64,000 nucleotides of DNA from Felis catus. Lineage: Eukaryota. Position 1 is the stretch's first letter, and each line of letters opens with the position of its first letter. Below, in pieces: positions 52,386 to 63,373 of the stretch. The stretch spans positions 170,316,001 to 170,380,000 of the forward strand of contig NC_058368.1 of assembly GCF_018350175.1 (NCBI RefSeq), written 5' to 3'. Both the position numbers and the translations under genes were made by a program. The notes beneath the pieces are model-generated. The model saw only the letters and a list, made by a program, of their open reading frames with translations, searched no databases and was not told the origin of the DNA.

Positions 52386-53690
52386 AATTTACTGAATTTG
52401 TTAATTAGTTACAACAGTTTTCAGTTGACCTTTAGGATTTCCTACATAGATCATATCATCTGCAAATAAACACACTTTTATTTCTTTCTTTGTGATTTTG
52501 ATGCCTTTTTATTTCATTATCTTGTCTGATTGCTGTAGCTAGGACTTTCAGGACTATGTTAAATATGAGTGGTGATAGTGGACACTCTTGTCTTATTCCC
52601 GATCTTAGAGGAATAGCTTTCAACCTTTCACCATTGAGTATGATATAGCTGTGGGTATATAAGTCCTTTATGATATAGCTGTGGGTATGTGATATAAGGA
52701 ATTACATTCCTTTTATACCCAACTTCTTGAAGGTTTTCATAACGAAAGGATGTCATATTTTGTCCAATGTTTTTTTCTACATCTATTGAGATTGTCGTTT
52801 GGTCTTTATCTTTCAATTAATGTGGTGTACCACATTTATTGATTTGCATATGTTGCATCACAGGGATAAATCCCACTTAACCATGGTGTATGTGCTGTTG
52901 AATTTGGGGAATGTAAATTGGTTCAGCCACCATATAAAACAGTATGGAGGTTCCTCAAAAAATTAAAAATAGAATGATCATATGATTCAGCAATCCCACC
53001 TTTAGTTATATACCCAAAGGAAGTGAAAACAGGATTAACAGAAAGATATATGCATTCCCATGTTTACTTCAGCATTACTGATAATAGCCAAAATATGGAA
53101 ACAACCTGAGTATTCATCAATGGATGAATGTATAGAAAAAATATTATACTTATATAGGTGTATATATGTGTATATGTATATATATAAGTATTATTCAACC
53201 ATGAGAAAGAAAGAAATCCTGCTATTTGCAACAACATGGATAAACCTTAAGGGCACTATCCTAAGTAAAACAAGTCAGACAAAGAAAGAAAAATACTGAA
53301 TGATCTCACTTACATATGAAATCTAAAAAAAGCCAAATTTATAGAAATAGAGAGTATAATGGTGGTTACCAGGGGCTGAGATGTGGAGGAATTGGGGAGG
53401 TGTTGGCCCAAGAATACAAACTTACAGTTATGAGTGAATTCTTGAGATCTAATGTACAGTATTGCGATTATAGTTACCAATACTGTGTTATATACTTTAA
53501 AGTTAGTAAAAGACTAGATCTTAAATGTTTTCACTACAAAAAGGAAATAATAACTATGTGAGGTAATGAAGGTATTAGTTAACACCATGGTGGTAATCAT
53601 ATTGTAATATATACATGTATCAAGTCAACATGCTGTACACCTTAAACTAACACAGTTTTATGTCAATTATGTCTCCATTTTTAAAAAATC
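52386..53690 (+). mobile_element. Older 5'-inverted L1 (L1MA-like) inside older L1M debris (~51440-54720)
   Basis: Antisense RT-region piece at ~52386-52905, then a sense 3' end from gggaatgtaaattggttcagccac to the tail. Confidence 0.75.
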
Positions 53691-54882
53691 TCAAATCATA
53701 AAAAGATCAATAAACCTATCTCAATAAAATTTTAAATGTCTATATGACAAGCAATACCATACACAAAATAAAAAAGCAAGCTCTTGACTGGAACAAGATG
53801 TTTAAAAATATAACTGTCAAAGAATTAATATTAAAGTATTTTTTAAAGAAATAGAATAATGAAAAGCAAGCAATCTAAAGAGAATGATCAAAGTTTGTAA
53901 AAATACAATTCGTAATAAAGAAGAGCCAAATAGCCAATGAAAAAAATTTTAAGTGTTCAGATGCACATTGAAATTCTATTCCACATCAGTCAGAACAGAC
54001 AAAAAATACGTCTAATAACAAGTATCTGTAAGTATGTGAAGGAACAGATTCTCATACCCTGATGATGGAAATGGAAGTTGGTATAAACCCTTTGGAGAAT
54101 TATTTGGTTATATTTATTAAAGTTAGTATGTGCATACCGTATGACTAGCAATTCTGCTACAATGTATCTGCATTTAGGAAAATCCTCACAAAGAAAGTAT
54201 TTACTGGGATATTCATAGCAACACTGCTAATAATAGCCAAAAAAAATTGATAAATCCCATTTGTCTTTCTATGGGGTACAGAAGAAACTTTTTTTACAGT
54301 GGAAAACTATGCAGTAGTTAAAATATAATAAATGATTCTCATTGTATTACCATCAGTAGCTCTCTAAAAGTAATTTTGGTCTTAAAAGTCAAATTGTTGA
54401 AAGAAGCAGTGTAATACCATTTTTTAAATTCTTGATTCAAAAAATAATTTCTTATCTTGTTTATAAAGACAAATATTTATGGTCGTAGTTCAAGAACATT
54501 CAAAGACAGGAACTGTGATAATATCAAGGTAGTAATAAACTTGTGAGGCACAACAAAGGAGAACATGTGTTGTCAACATTTAATTTCTCAAAAAGAAATC
54601 TGAAGCAAATATGTCAAAATATTAACAACTAATTTAAGGGTTACATGTATATTTGCTAACATATTAGCCTCTGTATTTATGCACTTTGTTGTGTATTTAT
54701 AACTTATTTTCAAATAAACATTAGAAAGATTTTGCCACAAAAGGGTCAAATTCTTGACCCAAAATATCTTTCTGGAATCAAAGAACTTAAAGAAAATGTC
54801 TTGTTCTCTTTGATCTATAAAAAGGAGAGATACACGGGCTTAGGAAGAAACTGATAGGTAATGGAAGGGGATTAAAAATGAC

Positions 54883-55002
54883 CTGACATCCTTGCCACTT
54901 TGACATACTGGTAACTAATGTGCTGATGTTCCTTCCAACTTGTTGGGGCTCTGCACAGTTTACTTGCTCCTTTTGGTCAGTATCTTCTCATCCTCGTGTG
55001 CT
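54883..55002 (-). pseudogene. Juxtamembrane ectodomain exon G (frameshifted)
   Basis: gcttaag acceptor, gtcatt donor. Starts in phase 2 (RAHEDEKILTKRSK*) and ends in another frame (CRAPTSWKEHQHISYQYVKVARMS, phase 1) that fits the TM exon. Confidence 0.52.
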
Positions 55003-55039
55003 CTTAAGCATTTGGAAGACAACACAAAATCCTTTAAAA

Positions 55040-55106
55040 ATTTTTTAAATTTCAGTATCGTTGACACACAATGTTACATTAGTTTCAGGTGTACAACATA
55101 AGTGAT
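55040..55106 (-). mobile_element. Tiny L1_Carn-type 3' end in the short intron between exons F and G
   Basis: T run plus acacaatgttacattagtttcaggtgtacaacata. Confidence 0.75.
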
Positions 55107-55195
55107 AAATTCCGCTATACTCCCTAAAAGTATGATACAAGAAAAGAAAAACTAAATGAATAAAAACATCATCCCTGTGGGGAAGCTCTGCAAAC

Positions 55196-55335
55196 CTGAA
55201 AGCCACAGTGAAGTAAATCTCCACGTGTAGCCGGCAGTAGTGACATTTTATCACAGTTTTAGAAAATGTCTGATTTCTAGCAATGTTAGTGCCTTGGACT
55301 CCTATAACCGTTGGTTGACTTAGGCCACCAATATC
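55196..55335 (-). pseudogene. Ectodomain exon F
   Basis: tcacaag acceptor, gtttgc donor, 140 nt, phase 0-2. Open: DIGGLSQPTVIGVQGTNIARNQTFSKTVIKCHYCRLHVEIYFTVAF. Confidence 0.6.
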
Positions 55336-55415
55336 CTTGTGATAATATTTGAACATAAAAAGTAAAGAAAAAATTTTAAATGACCAGATAGATGTCAAAA
55401 ATCAAATGCAAGAAA

Positions 55416-55605
55416 GGGCGCCTGGGTGGTTTAGTCAGTTAAGCATCTCACTCTTGATTTCAGCTCAGGTCATGATCTCATGGTTCATGGGTTCAGTCTC
55501 CACATTTGGATCTGCACTGTGTGGAGCCTCCTTGGGATTCTCTCTCTGCCCCTCCCCTGCTCGTGCTCTCTCTCAAAACAAGTAAATAAACTTTAGGGGA
55601 AAAAA
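55416..55605 (+). mobile_element. CAN-SINE in the intron between exons E and F
   Basis: Head, CT tract, tail. Confidence 0.9.
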
Positions 55606-55706
55606 AGTAGCAGAACATATTAAAAAATGTACATTTTTTCAATTGCTGACCATATTTATTGTTTTCACTTTTCTCTCTTCAAAGAAATTTTAGATAACTT
55701 ATCTAC

Positions 55707-55825
55707 CAAAAGTAAGTAAAAGTCATTGGTTGGACTTGATCTTGGCCCTGGTGGGAGCCTCCCATGGTTTGAAAGCAACATTTCAAAATACTGTTTTTCA
55801 AATTCAAATGGAGATATTTCAATTG
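55707..55825 (-). pseudogene. Ectodomain exon E
   Basis: aaattag acceptor after a pyrimidine tract, gtagat donor, 119 nt, phase 1-0. Open: AIEISPFEFEKQYFEMLLSNHGRLPPGPRSSPTNDFYLLL. Confidence 0.55.
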
Positions 55826-56089
55826 CTAATTTAAAACTTGTAAAAAGAAATACCCCAACTTTCATATTCAAACATTTAAATTGGCTGCTGTTAAGAATAT
55901 TTATGTACAGGAATTAGAAAGGTAATTTGCATTTGCAGGATAATAAATAAAGAATCACCCCTTCAAGTGTTTATTTTCATCATGTAACTGCTCCCATTTC
56001 ACTATTATTACCCTCTTCCTCTTTGGCTTGTACATGTGTGTGCTTCCACATGAAAACCTTAAGAACGAATTGGTTATTAGGCAACACAC

Positions 56090-56182
56090 CTGGATGAATG
56101 ACCATTGGTTTACATTCAGCCGGTTGTCCCCATCATTAAGTGAGGAAAATAACCCTGGCATTGGTGGTGGTGTTGAAATCAG
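56090..56182 (-). pseudogene. Ectodomain exon D
   Basis: Strong T-rich acceptor (ctttttctgttaactag), gtgtgt donor, 93 nt. Phase 0 is open (LISTPPPMPG...WSFIQ). Phase 1 reads DFNTTTNARVIFLT**WGQPAECKPMVIHP and fits exon E. True frame uncertain. Confidence 0.55.
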
Positions 56183-57081
56183 CTAGTTAACAGAAAAAGC
56201 CAGAAAAAGCTTTGCAAAAGAAACAATTTTTTTCATTTTCAAAAAGAAAGCTACATCTTTTTAAGTAATAGAAGAAATGCCTTTAAATCTACAGGTGGGA
56301 TGAGTCATTCAGGCTTTCTTTTTACAAACTAGTGTGAAGAATAAGTAAAATCAATCACCAAAGTTAGAGACACTTTGGTCTTTTTTCTGGGCGTGAGCCA
56401 CCCATCTCCAAATCTTTTCAAGGACTCAATTTTTGGACTGACTTTTAGAGAGAGCTGATTAGAGGGTACAGAAAAAGGAGAAATAGGCCAATTGTTTTGA
56501 GCTAAAATGTGTTTATTCTGGAAGGGGAATTGTTATTTCAGTAAAAATCTGAAATAATATTACTAATAAGACTTTAAATGAAGTACAGAAAAAGGTAGAG
56601 GGGGTAAATTAGCATTTTTATCCTTATGTATCTTTTTGTGTGTGTTCATATTTCTTACCGGAAAACATTTCTGCTAAATGTTATCTCATATCTGTAAAAT
56701 TTTTAAATTTTAATTATTAGGTTGCAATTACCAATGGAAAAAAAATAATTTGTTAACTCCACGAAAGACTAAATATATCTTATTTCGAAATTTATCTTCA
56801 ACAAAGCAAAAACTGTCTGAAATTTCACTGTCAGTAATTCACTCTGCCATCTTATTTATTTTATAAACGTAATTCTTAATGTTGTCCCTCAAAGTTCCTC
56901 CATCAGAATCACGTATTTCAGTTCACTGAAATCATCTAGTCATCCAAGTTACAGACCTTTGAGCTTTTCTTTTTAATCACTTCATCTTTGTGATATACTA
57001 TACTTCCAAACTCCAAGAATTATTCTCTCTTCTCCATCCTGATTTTCATGACCCAATTCAGGCTTCTTAAAAATGCTCAGA

Positions 57082-57300
57082 TGGGGAAGCCTCGGTGGCT
57101 CAGTTGGTTAAGTGTCCAACTCTTGATTTTGGCTCAGGTCATGGTCTCATGGTCCGTGAGTTCAAGCCCCACATGGGGCCCTGCACTAACAGAGCAGAGG
57201 GTACTTGGGGATTTTCTGTTTCCCTCTCTCTCTGCCCCTCCCCTGTTTGCACTGCCTCTCTCTCTGAAAATAAATAAACAAACTTAAAAAAATTTTCTTT
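57082..57300 (+). mobile_element. CAN-SINE
   Basis: TSD aatgctcagatgg. Confidence 0.92.
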
Positions 57301-57387
57301 AATGCTCAGATGGATCACAATATAATTATCTCACAATGATTCTTTTGCTTGCCAGACTATCCTCTTTTTTTTAATTCAATAATACAT

Positions 57388-57390
<3 letters not shown>

Positions 57391-57434
<44 letters not shown>

Positions 57435-57446
57435 TATATATAATAT
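57391..57446. repeat. (TA)n microsatellite
   Basis: Read directly. Others: (TA)n(TG)n at 23821-23882 and (TTA)n at 32731-32768. Confidence 0.9.
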
Positions 57447-58157
57447 ACTTTATGGTCAAATTGGTTGGGACTATCCTTATCCAATACCTCATGCTGCTTC
57501 CAAACTGTCCATCTACCATGGACTTAATCAGGACATCTTGGAATTAAGGAAAAAAGAAAATAACAACAACAACAGTTAAAAAGACAGATGGTTCCTGATG
57601 TTACCCACAGAATAAAAATTTCAAAATCCTCACTGAGTGATTGAAGATGGTATGGAAAGAACATTGGTTTTGCATTGTTGTTCTAGTATTTATTAGCTTT
57701 TTAATCTTATAGAAGTTATTCAAACTCTCAGTGTTAATTTCTTTATAAAGGCTAGTAATACCTACCCAAGAAAGTTGCTATCGTAGTAAAATAATACCAT
57801 GCACATGAAACTGTTAGTAGAGCAGAAAATCTAGAATATATTTTTCTCAATATATTCCCAAACTGCTTTTTAGATCCTCCTGCCAGGCCCAACCCCTTGC
57901 AATCTGAGCTCTAACATTCCAATTTCCCACGAATATGTGCACACCTGTATCTCATTTCTTTTGCCTGGAATTCATCCCTCTCTTAGGCTTCTTCACTCAG
58001 CTAGCTTCTGCTCATCTTTCAAGACTTACATCAGGTATTACCTCTCCTGGGACAATCTCCCTCAGCCATCTGCACTTCCCAATCAGAAGAGATTTCTGAG
58101 TCCTCTGGGCTGACAACACCACATTTCTGTGTTTTCACGTGCTTTTTTGTCAAGAAC

Positions 58158-58500
58158 TATAAAGGATGTGAATTTGTATCTACTCTCAAGCTGACAAGTT
58201 AGTCTGTCACACTTTCATGCTGGTAGAAGACAAGAGAATCCTGTACCAGAGACAACAGACTGTGTTAAGCAACAGCAAGCAGCAAGAGTTGGTTTTCCTT
58301 GCTCTCCAAGTCCCATGGTATTGAGGCAGAAGGGGCTCAGGTAGGTACAGAGCATACAGTGGAATCCTGAGCTTAGAGAATCTGCATCTGTTAATGAGCT
58401 GGGAACAAATCTGCCAATGTTTGCCTCACCTTTCTTATACTGGACAATACTTGGCTCTGCAAGGAGAGGCTAATTTTAAGCCTTTCACTCTACAAAAATA
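58158..58500. mobile_element. Probable old ERV1-class LTR
   Basis: caagctgacaagttagtctgtcacactttcatgctggtagaagacaagag motif; family uncertain. Confidence 0.45.
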
Positions 58501-58573
58501 TGTGAAAAGGTAAACTAGAATGAAAGAGCAAGTAGTTCTGCTTGTAAATTTTGCAGAAACATGAAAGACTCAC

Positions 58574-58704
58574 GGTATTCACTCCCAACACTTGCATGGG
58601 AACTTCCCCTTTGTTTCCAAGTTGGTGGTAGAGAAGGAGGATATACACACATTGGACATTGTCCTATTCCCAGTAGGACCCAGTGTCCACAAAACAGACA
58701 TCTG
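58574..58704 (-). pseudogene. Ectodomain exon C (FN3-like character)
   Basis: acatacag acceptor, gtgagt donor, phase-0 start matches exon B. QMSVLWTLGPTGNRTMSNVCISSFSTTNLETKGKFPCKCWE*I. Confidence 0.62.
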
Positions 58705-59378
58705 CTGTATGTTTCAGAATAGAAAATCTCCAAAGAGGAGCAAATCAAGTTGATAATCCAAAGTAGGTAAGGTAAGCCCAAGTTCTAGAATAGTTTCAAA
58801 TACACATTTTTTCTCTTTAACACAAGTGATTATAAATTATGTAACTATAGATTTTTGACTTTTGTAGGGTTTCTGATGTAAATAAAATCACAAAGCCCTA
58901 CAAATTTTCTTTGTTTTTGGTTGGAAAAGTACAAGTCTTAGAGTTACCAAAAATTCATCTAAAAGCTATAAAGAGTAGCTATATCTTAACGGGTATATTC
59001 TGTGAGCCTCACCTTTTATCTACCTCATTAATCTTCATACCAACCATGTGAGGAAATGTCTATGTCCCAAAGTTTTGGACTGAGTGGTTAAGTGGCTTAC
59101 ACAAAGTGACAGAACTAATAAGTAGAGGACATATGTTTTCTTGAACCCAGTCTTTTTGGTTCCAAATTCTATAAACTAAACTTTCTCATGCAAATTCTCC
59201 TCTAAGCTTTACTCCTCATAACTCCACTGGTAGCTGAGACTGCAGGACTCTGTGACTTGGAGTTAATTCTGGAGGTTGGCCCAGACTCAGGTCTGTGAGT
59301 GACTACATGGATAGTGCTAAGCAATAAGCAGTAGCCACCAAGTGCAGATGGAAGAGCAGTAAGTCTCACTTCACCTAC

Positions 59379-59469
59379 CTTCCAATTTGGGGTGACGTCT
59401 GTCCTAATTGTAGGTATACTGGAACACAGTGGTTCTCTTTTCACTCTTGGGAAGGGCAGAAGAGCCTCT
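59379..59469 (-). pseudogene. Ectodomain exon B with RVKR furin-type site
   Basis: ctcttctaccaaag acceptor, gtaggt donor, 91 nt, phase 2-0, joins exon A in frame. Open: EALLPFPRVKREPLCSSIPTIRTDVTPNWK. Confidence 0.65.
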
Positions 59470-60765
59470 CTTTGGTAGAAGAGATGGGACCACTTAGAAA
59501 TGCAGAACAATTTTATAAAGACTCCTATTAGCATTTCTATTTCTCAGACTAGCATTGTCCACAAAGCCTCAGATGGTTTCTTTCAATCATCCATTCATTC
59601 GTCTCCTCATCTAGTCAACAAATATTAGTAGAAGCCAATGAAGTGCCAGAAAACTCTACACAATAAACAGAGGACTCAGTGTAATGAAAGGAATGCGAAC
59701 TTTGAAATCAGACAGAGCTTAGTTGGATCCCTGCCTCTACCACTTGTAAGATAAATTTTCTAACCTATCTGAGCTTCTGTTTCATTGCATGTAAAGTGAA
59801 AATAATAATCTCCCTTTCTACAAATGTATAAAGATAAAACCAAAGAACTGTATCAGTTGCCTAGCAGAATGCCCAAACAAGAACTTTATCTCCTTCCTTC
59901 CTCATTCAGACACTATAAGACTATGATGTATTATGTGCTACTCCTGGGAGACTAATGGATAACATAGATAAAGAAAAAATTTGTCTCAGATAACTCAAAT
60001 ATTTAATTTTAGATAAAGCTGTCTTGCAAACTGGATTTGGATTTTGGACCATAAAAGGAAGAAGCTAATATGCCTAGGATTGCCATTAAAGGAACAGCAA
60101 ACCCTTATGCTCAGTGCATTTTTTTACAGAGGAAATTCAAAGTTTGGCTTCAAAGTTTTAAAAGTTGGATTATCTGTGGCTGCTGGACAAATTGGGTGGA
60201 GCACCCAGAGGTGATCAGCAGACTATTCTCTAAGTTGATTAATACTCCAAAGGAGACAAACCTGTAGAAATTCTGTAAAACATAGGTGATGAAAAAACTA
60301 TGGTTTTTGTTGAAGCTAAGAAAAAAAAAAAGCAGATTTTATTGCAACTTTTCTTGTTCAAGAGAAGAGTAGCAACTAAAAGTACTGATAGTGATCTGGA
60401 ACAGAGAGAGAGAGAGAGAGAAAGAAAGAGAGCAAGCTCTTAGGGATTTTCACTGGGAAAGTGCCAGTCCCAGCTACTTTGGTAGCTGGCAGAGAGCTGG
60501 ATATTGAAAATGTTCAATATGTTATCAATTTTTATATTCCTTCCACTAGTGAAGAAAGTGTTCTTTGAATTTGGTGTATTGGTCATTGAGGGAACACTGG
60601 CAGAGCAGTTTCCTTTTTTTGCTCAGATAACCATCAGCTTGGCATCTAGTGAGAGTACTGTTGAATCTCAGCAGAAGGCTCCTGCCTTGAGTGCATATGT
60701 CCTGGCTTCCGTGACAGTATAAGAGGAAATGTGTTTGCATCAGTTAATACTCAAAAGAATTATCG

Positions 60766-60984
60766 GGGTGCCTGGGTGGCTCAGTCGGTTAAGCGTCTGA
60801 CTTTGGCTCAAGCCATGATCTCACGGTCCATGAGTTCGAGCCCTGTGTCAGGCTCTGTGCTGACAGCTCAGAGCCTGGAGCCTGCTTCGGATTCTGTGTT
60901 TCCCTTTCTCTCTGACCCTCCCCCGTTCATGCTTTGTCTCTCTCTGTCTCAAAAATAAATAAACATTAAAAAACAATTTTTTTT
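60766..60984 (+). mobile_element. CAN-SINE inside the DDX4 retrocopy coding remnant
   Basis: TSD aaaagaattatc. Confidence 0.95.
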
Positions 60985-61217
60985 AAAAGAATTATCAAGG
61001 CAAGAGAGCTTTTAACATACAGAATCTTTTCCACAAGCTCTCAATCCAGTATGATGATGACGAGACAGGATTAAAGTTGAAACATTGAAGTTTGTGCTAT
61101 AATTTTATTGCGGAAAAACAGTTTTGATTTTTGAACTTTTAACACAAATGTGAAACCTAATATTCTTGTGTCTCCTGTCCTTCTATTCTCACTCCTACTC
61201 TTTAAGAAATAAATCCT

Positions 61218-61440
61218 GGGGTGCCTGGGTGGCTCAGTCGGTTGAGCGTCCGACTTCGGCTCAGGTCATGATCTCACGGTCTGTGAGTTCGAGCCCCGTG
61301 TCGGGCTCTGTGCTGACAGCTCAGAGCCTGGAGCCTGCTTCGGATTCTGTGTCTCCCTCTCTCTCTTCCCCTCCCTTGTTCATGTTCTGTCTCTCTCTGT
61401 CTCAAAAATAAATAAAAATATTAAAAAATTAAAAAAAAAA
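61218..61440 (+). mobile_element. CAN-SINE inside the DDX4 retrocopy 3'UTR
   Basis: TSD aagaaataaatcct. Confidence 0.95.
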
Positions 61441-62419
61441 AAGAAATAAATCCTTACTGATTAATTAGTTAATGTGAGATGCCAAAAATAGCAGTGTTGC
61501 AGTTACCCATGCAAATGACATGAACTACAAAGATGAAAGCATTCTAAAAGCCTTGCAAAAAAAATAAATTCCTTTAAGGAATTTATAGTTTATTTGTACA
61601 GAGAATAGAGACTAACCGGAATAGAAGACAAATATTCTTCAGGCCATAAAACAGAAAGAAAGTTGGTACAATGGGAATATAAAGGAAAAGCTACTTCCAG
61701 ACTGTGATACTGAGAATTTCATCAATGTGAACTTGCCCTTCCTAAGTCAGTAGTAGTGACCTATGAGATGGTTTTCCTTCTAAGCAGTTTGATTGCCCCC
61801 TTTTGTTTTTTTCACTGGCTGCAGCATGATTAGAGAAACAGAGAGGAAAGGGTCAGATGGAATCAAGAAAAGGCGCAACTCGAGAATCAACTTTTTTTTG
61901 CCCTTTCCAGAGAGGATAGTATTGACATCAGTTCTCCACCCACATCTCCACCCTGTGACTTTGCCCAGCCTATCTGTGGCATTTGTCTAATCTTTTGTAA
62001 AGAGTCTGATGGTGTGCCCTCGAAACCTATATATAAGTGAAAGCCACATACTGCTCTGCCAAGCATAGCTCATCTCTTAACATCTTTCCTTGGTGCTGTC
62101 AGTTTACCCTGGTGGCAGTGCAAGTCCTTTAAAAATGGAACAGCTTTTGCTTCTACTTTTACATGAGTTATCAATAATTTGTTTCCCAATTCTTATTCTT
62201 TCTGCTCCACCCTCTTTCCTTTTTAAGGTAGCAGAATTTTATTTTACTCTTTTATTTTGAAATAATTATATATCCACAAGTAGCTGCAGTGTAACCTTTA
62301 ACTCGTTTTCCCACTGCTTCCATCTTTCATAATTATAGTATCAAAAGGAGGACTTTGGCATTAATACAATGTATGTGTATAGAGGTAGCACATTTTTAGA
62401 TTTTTACTTTCCTTATTGC

Positions 62420-62642
62420 TTTTTCTTTTTTTTTTTTATTTATTTTTGAGAGAGAGAGAGAGAGAGAGAGACAGTGTGAGCAGGGTAGGGGCAGAGGGGG
62501 AAGGAGACACAGAATCCAAAGAAGGCTCCAGGCTCTGAGCTGTCAGCACAGAGCCCCACGTGGGGCTCCAACTCATGAACCACGAGATCATGACCTGAGC
62601 CGAAATCAAGTTGCTTAACCGACTAAGCCACTCAAGCGCCCC
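62420..62642 (-). mobile_element. CAN-SINE
   Basis: TSD ttattgctttt. Confidence 0.93.
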
Positions 62643-62686
62643 TTTTTATTGCTTTTTTTTTTTTAAATTCTTCTTGTGAGACTCAC

Positions 62687-62833
62687 AGTTTCTTGCTGTG
62701 ATTAACCTCCAAGTTGGGCTGACAGTGTGCAGAAGTCAAAATGATGCCAAGTGTGTCCTGTGTCAATTTTTCTTCGGGCACAAGTTTTCCAAGATAAATA
62801 TGTCTCAAATGTCAGGAATCCTTTCTATATAAA
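62687..62833 (-). pseudogene. Ectodomain exon A
   Basis: tcttgccaaag acceptor, gtgagt donor, 147 nt, phase 2-2. LYRKDS*HLRHIYLGKLVPEEKLTQDTLGIILTSAHCQPNLEVNHSKK, one TGA. Confidence 0.6.
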
Positions 62834-63129
62834 CTTTGGCAAGACAGTTAAAACACACACAGTGCATGTAGGAAATGTGGTTTGCTTAGGAAAATCTCAA
62901 AATAAGATATTTGGTTACTGTATTGCATTTTAATTGTTGTTAGAGCCAATAACTATAGTTTACACTAACTTTATTTTACTGTACTGTGGTTACTTTAGGC
63001 TACTTTATTGTGGAATGCTTTGCAGTTAATAAAGTGTCTGTATATCTACATTTTCATTTCCCTTTTAAATTACATTATATTGAAAAGTATATTTTTTTCC
63101 CATTTGACAAATATAAACCTGTGGCTTAC

Positions 63130-63240
63130 AGACAGTGGGGAAAAAATGGATGGAATGGATGGAATTCAGTGCTATGAGAAAATTGTCCTACTTAAAATAA
63201 GAGCATTTACCAATTCTATTTTCATCTGAATATCAGCAAT
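63130..63240 (-). pseudogene. Candidate first coding exon, signal-peptide-like
   Basis: ttaaccag acceptor, ATG at 63225, gtaagc donor. Reads MKIELVNALILSRTI then, after a 1-nt shift, LIALNSIHSIHFFPTV. Phase does not match the next exon without another indel. Confidence 0.35.
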
Positions 63241-63373
63241 CTGGTTAAAAACTAAGGTGGAGTTTAAGTAAACTACCTTATCCCTGCTACAAGAGCAGGC
63301 TATAGTAGCAACTTTTGATCTATAGGTAAAATTTCACTCTAACTAGAGACCAAGGAGTAATTAAGAAAGACCG

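Larger units (their letters stand above)
59915..61567 (+). pseudogene. DDX4: 5'-truncated processed pseudogene of DEAD-box helicase DDX4 (Vasa)
   Basis: Intronless, degenerate match to LCATPGRLMD...KYL.LDEAD (here DKAV)...QTLM.SA...TMVFVE.KKKADFIATFL...LDIENVQ.VINF...GNTGRA.SFF...GNVFASV...NYQGK...NPV.DD..D*. Stop at 61072-61074, then a DDX4-like 3'UTR and an A-rich end at ~61557-61567. Many stops and frameshifts; two SINEs inserted. Confidence 0.93.
31095..63240 (-). pseudogene. Decayed multi-exon receptor tyrosine kinase/pseudokinase-like gene (candidate unitary pseudogene)
   Basis: About 19 minus-strand segments, most bounded by pyrimidine-AG acceptors and GT donors. Several junctions are phase-compatible. 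Translations give, in order: ectodomain, RVKR site, TM segment, then kinase subdomain remnants (FGKYSETWK; PH.NII; PLLLFE; DFLCHNQ; LSNFGL; FYAPAHF...YS; MYEIQGSC*SHEP...GF). Many stops and frameshifts. Confidence 0.72.

Noticed and set aside
59915..61074. Functional DDX4 gene
   Set aside because: Intronless, 5'-truncated, with stops, frameshifts and a SINE in the coding remnant.
353..61411. Many ORFs containing GAWVAQSVK...AQVMIS...LSLSQK
   Set aside because: Translations of CAN-SINEs.
462..62642. tRNA-like A/B box sequences
   Set aside because: These are SINE heads followed by CT tracts and A tails, not tRNA genes.
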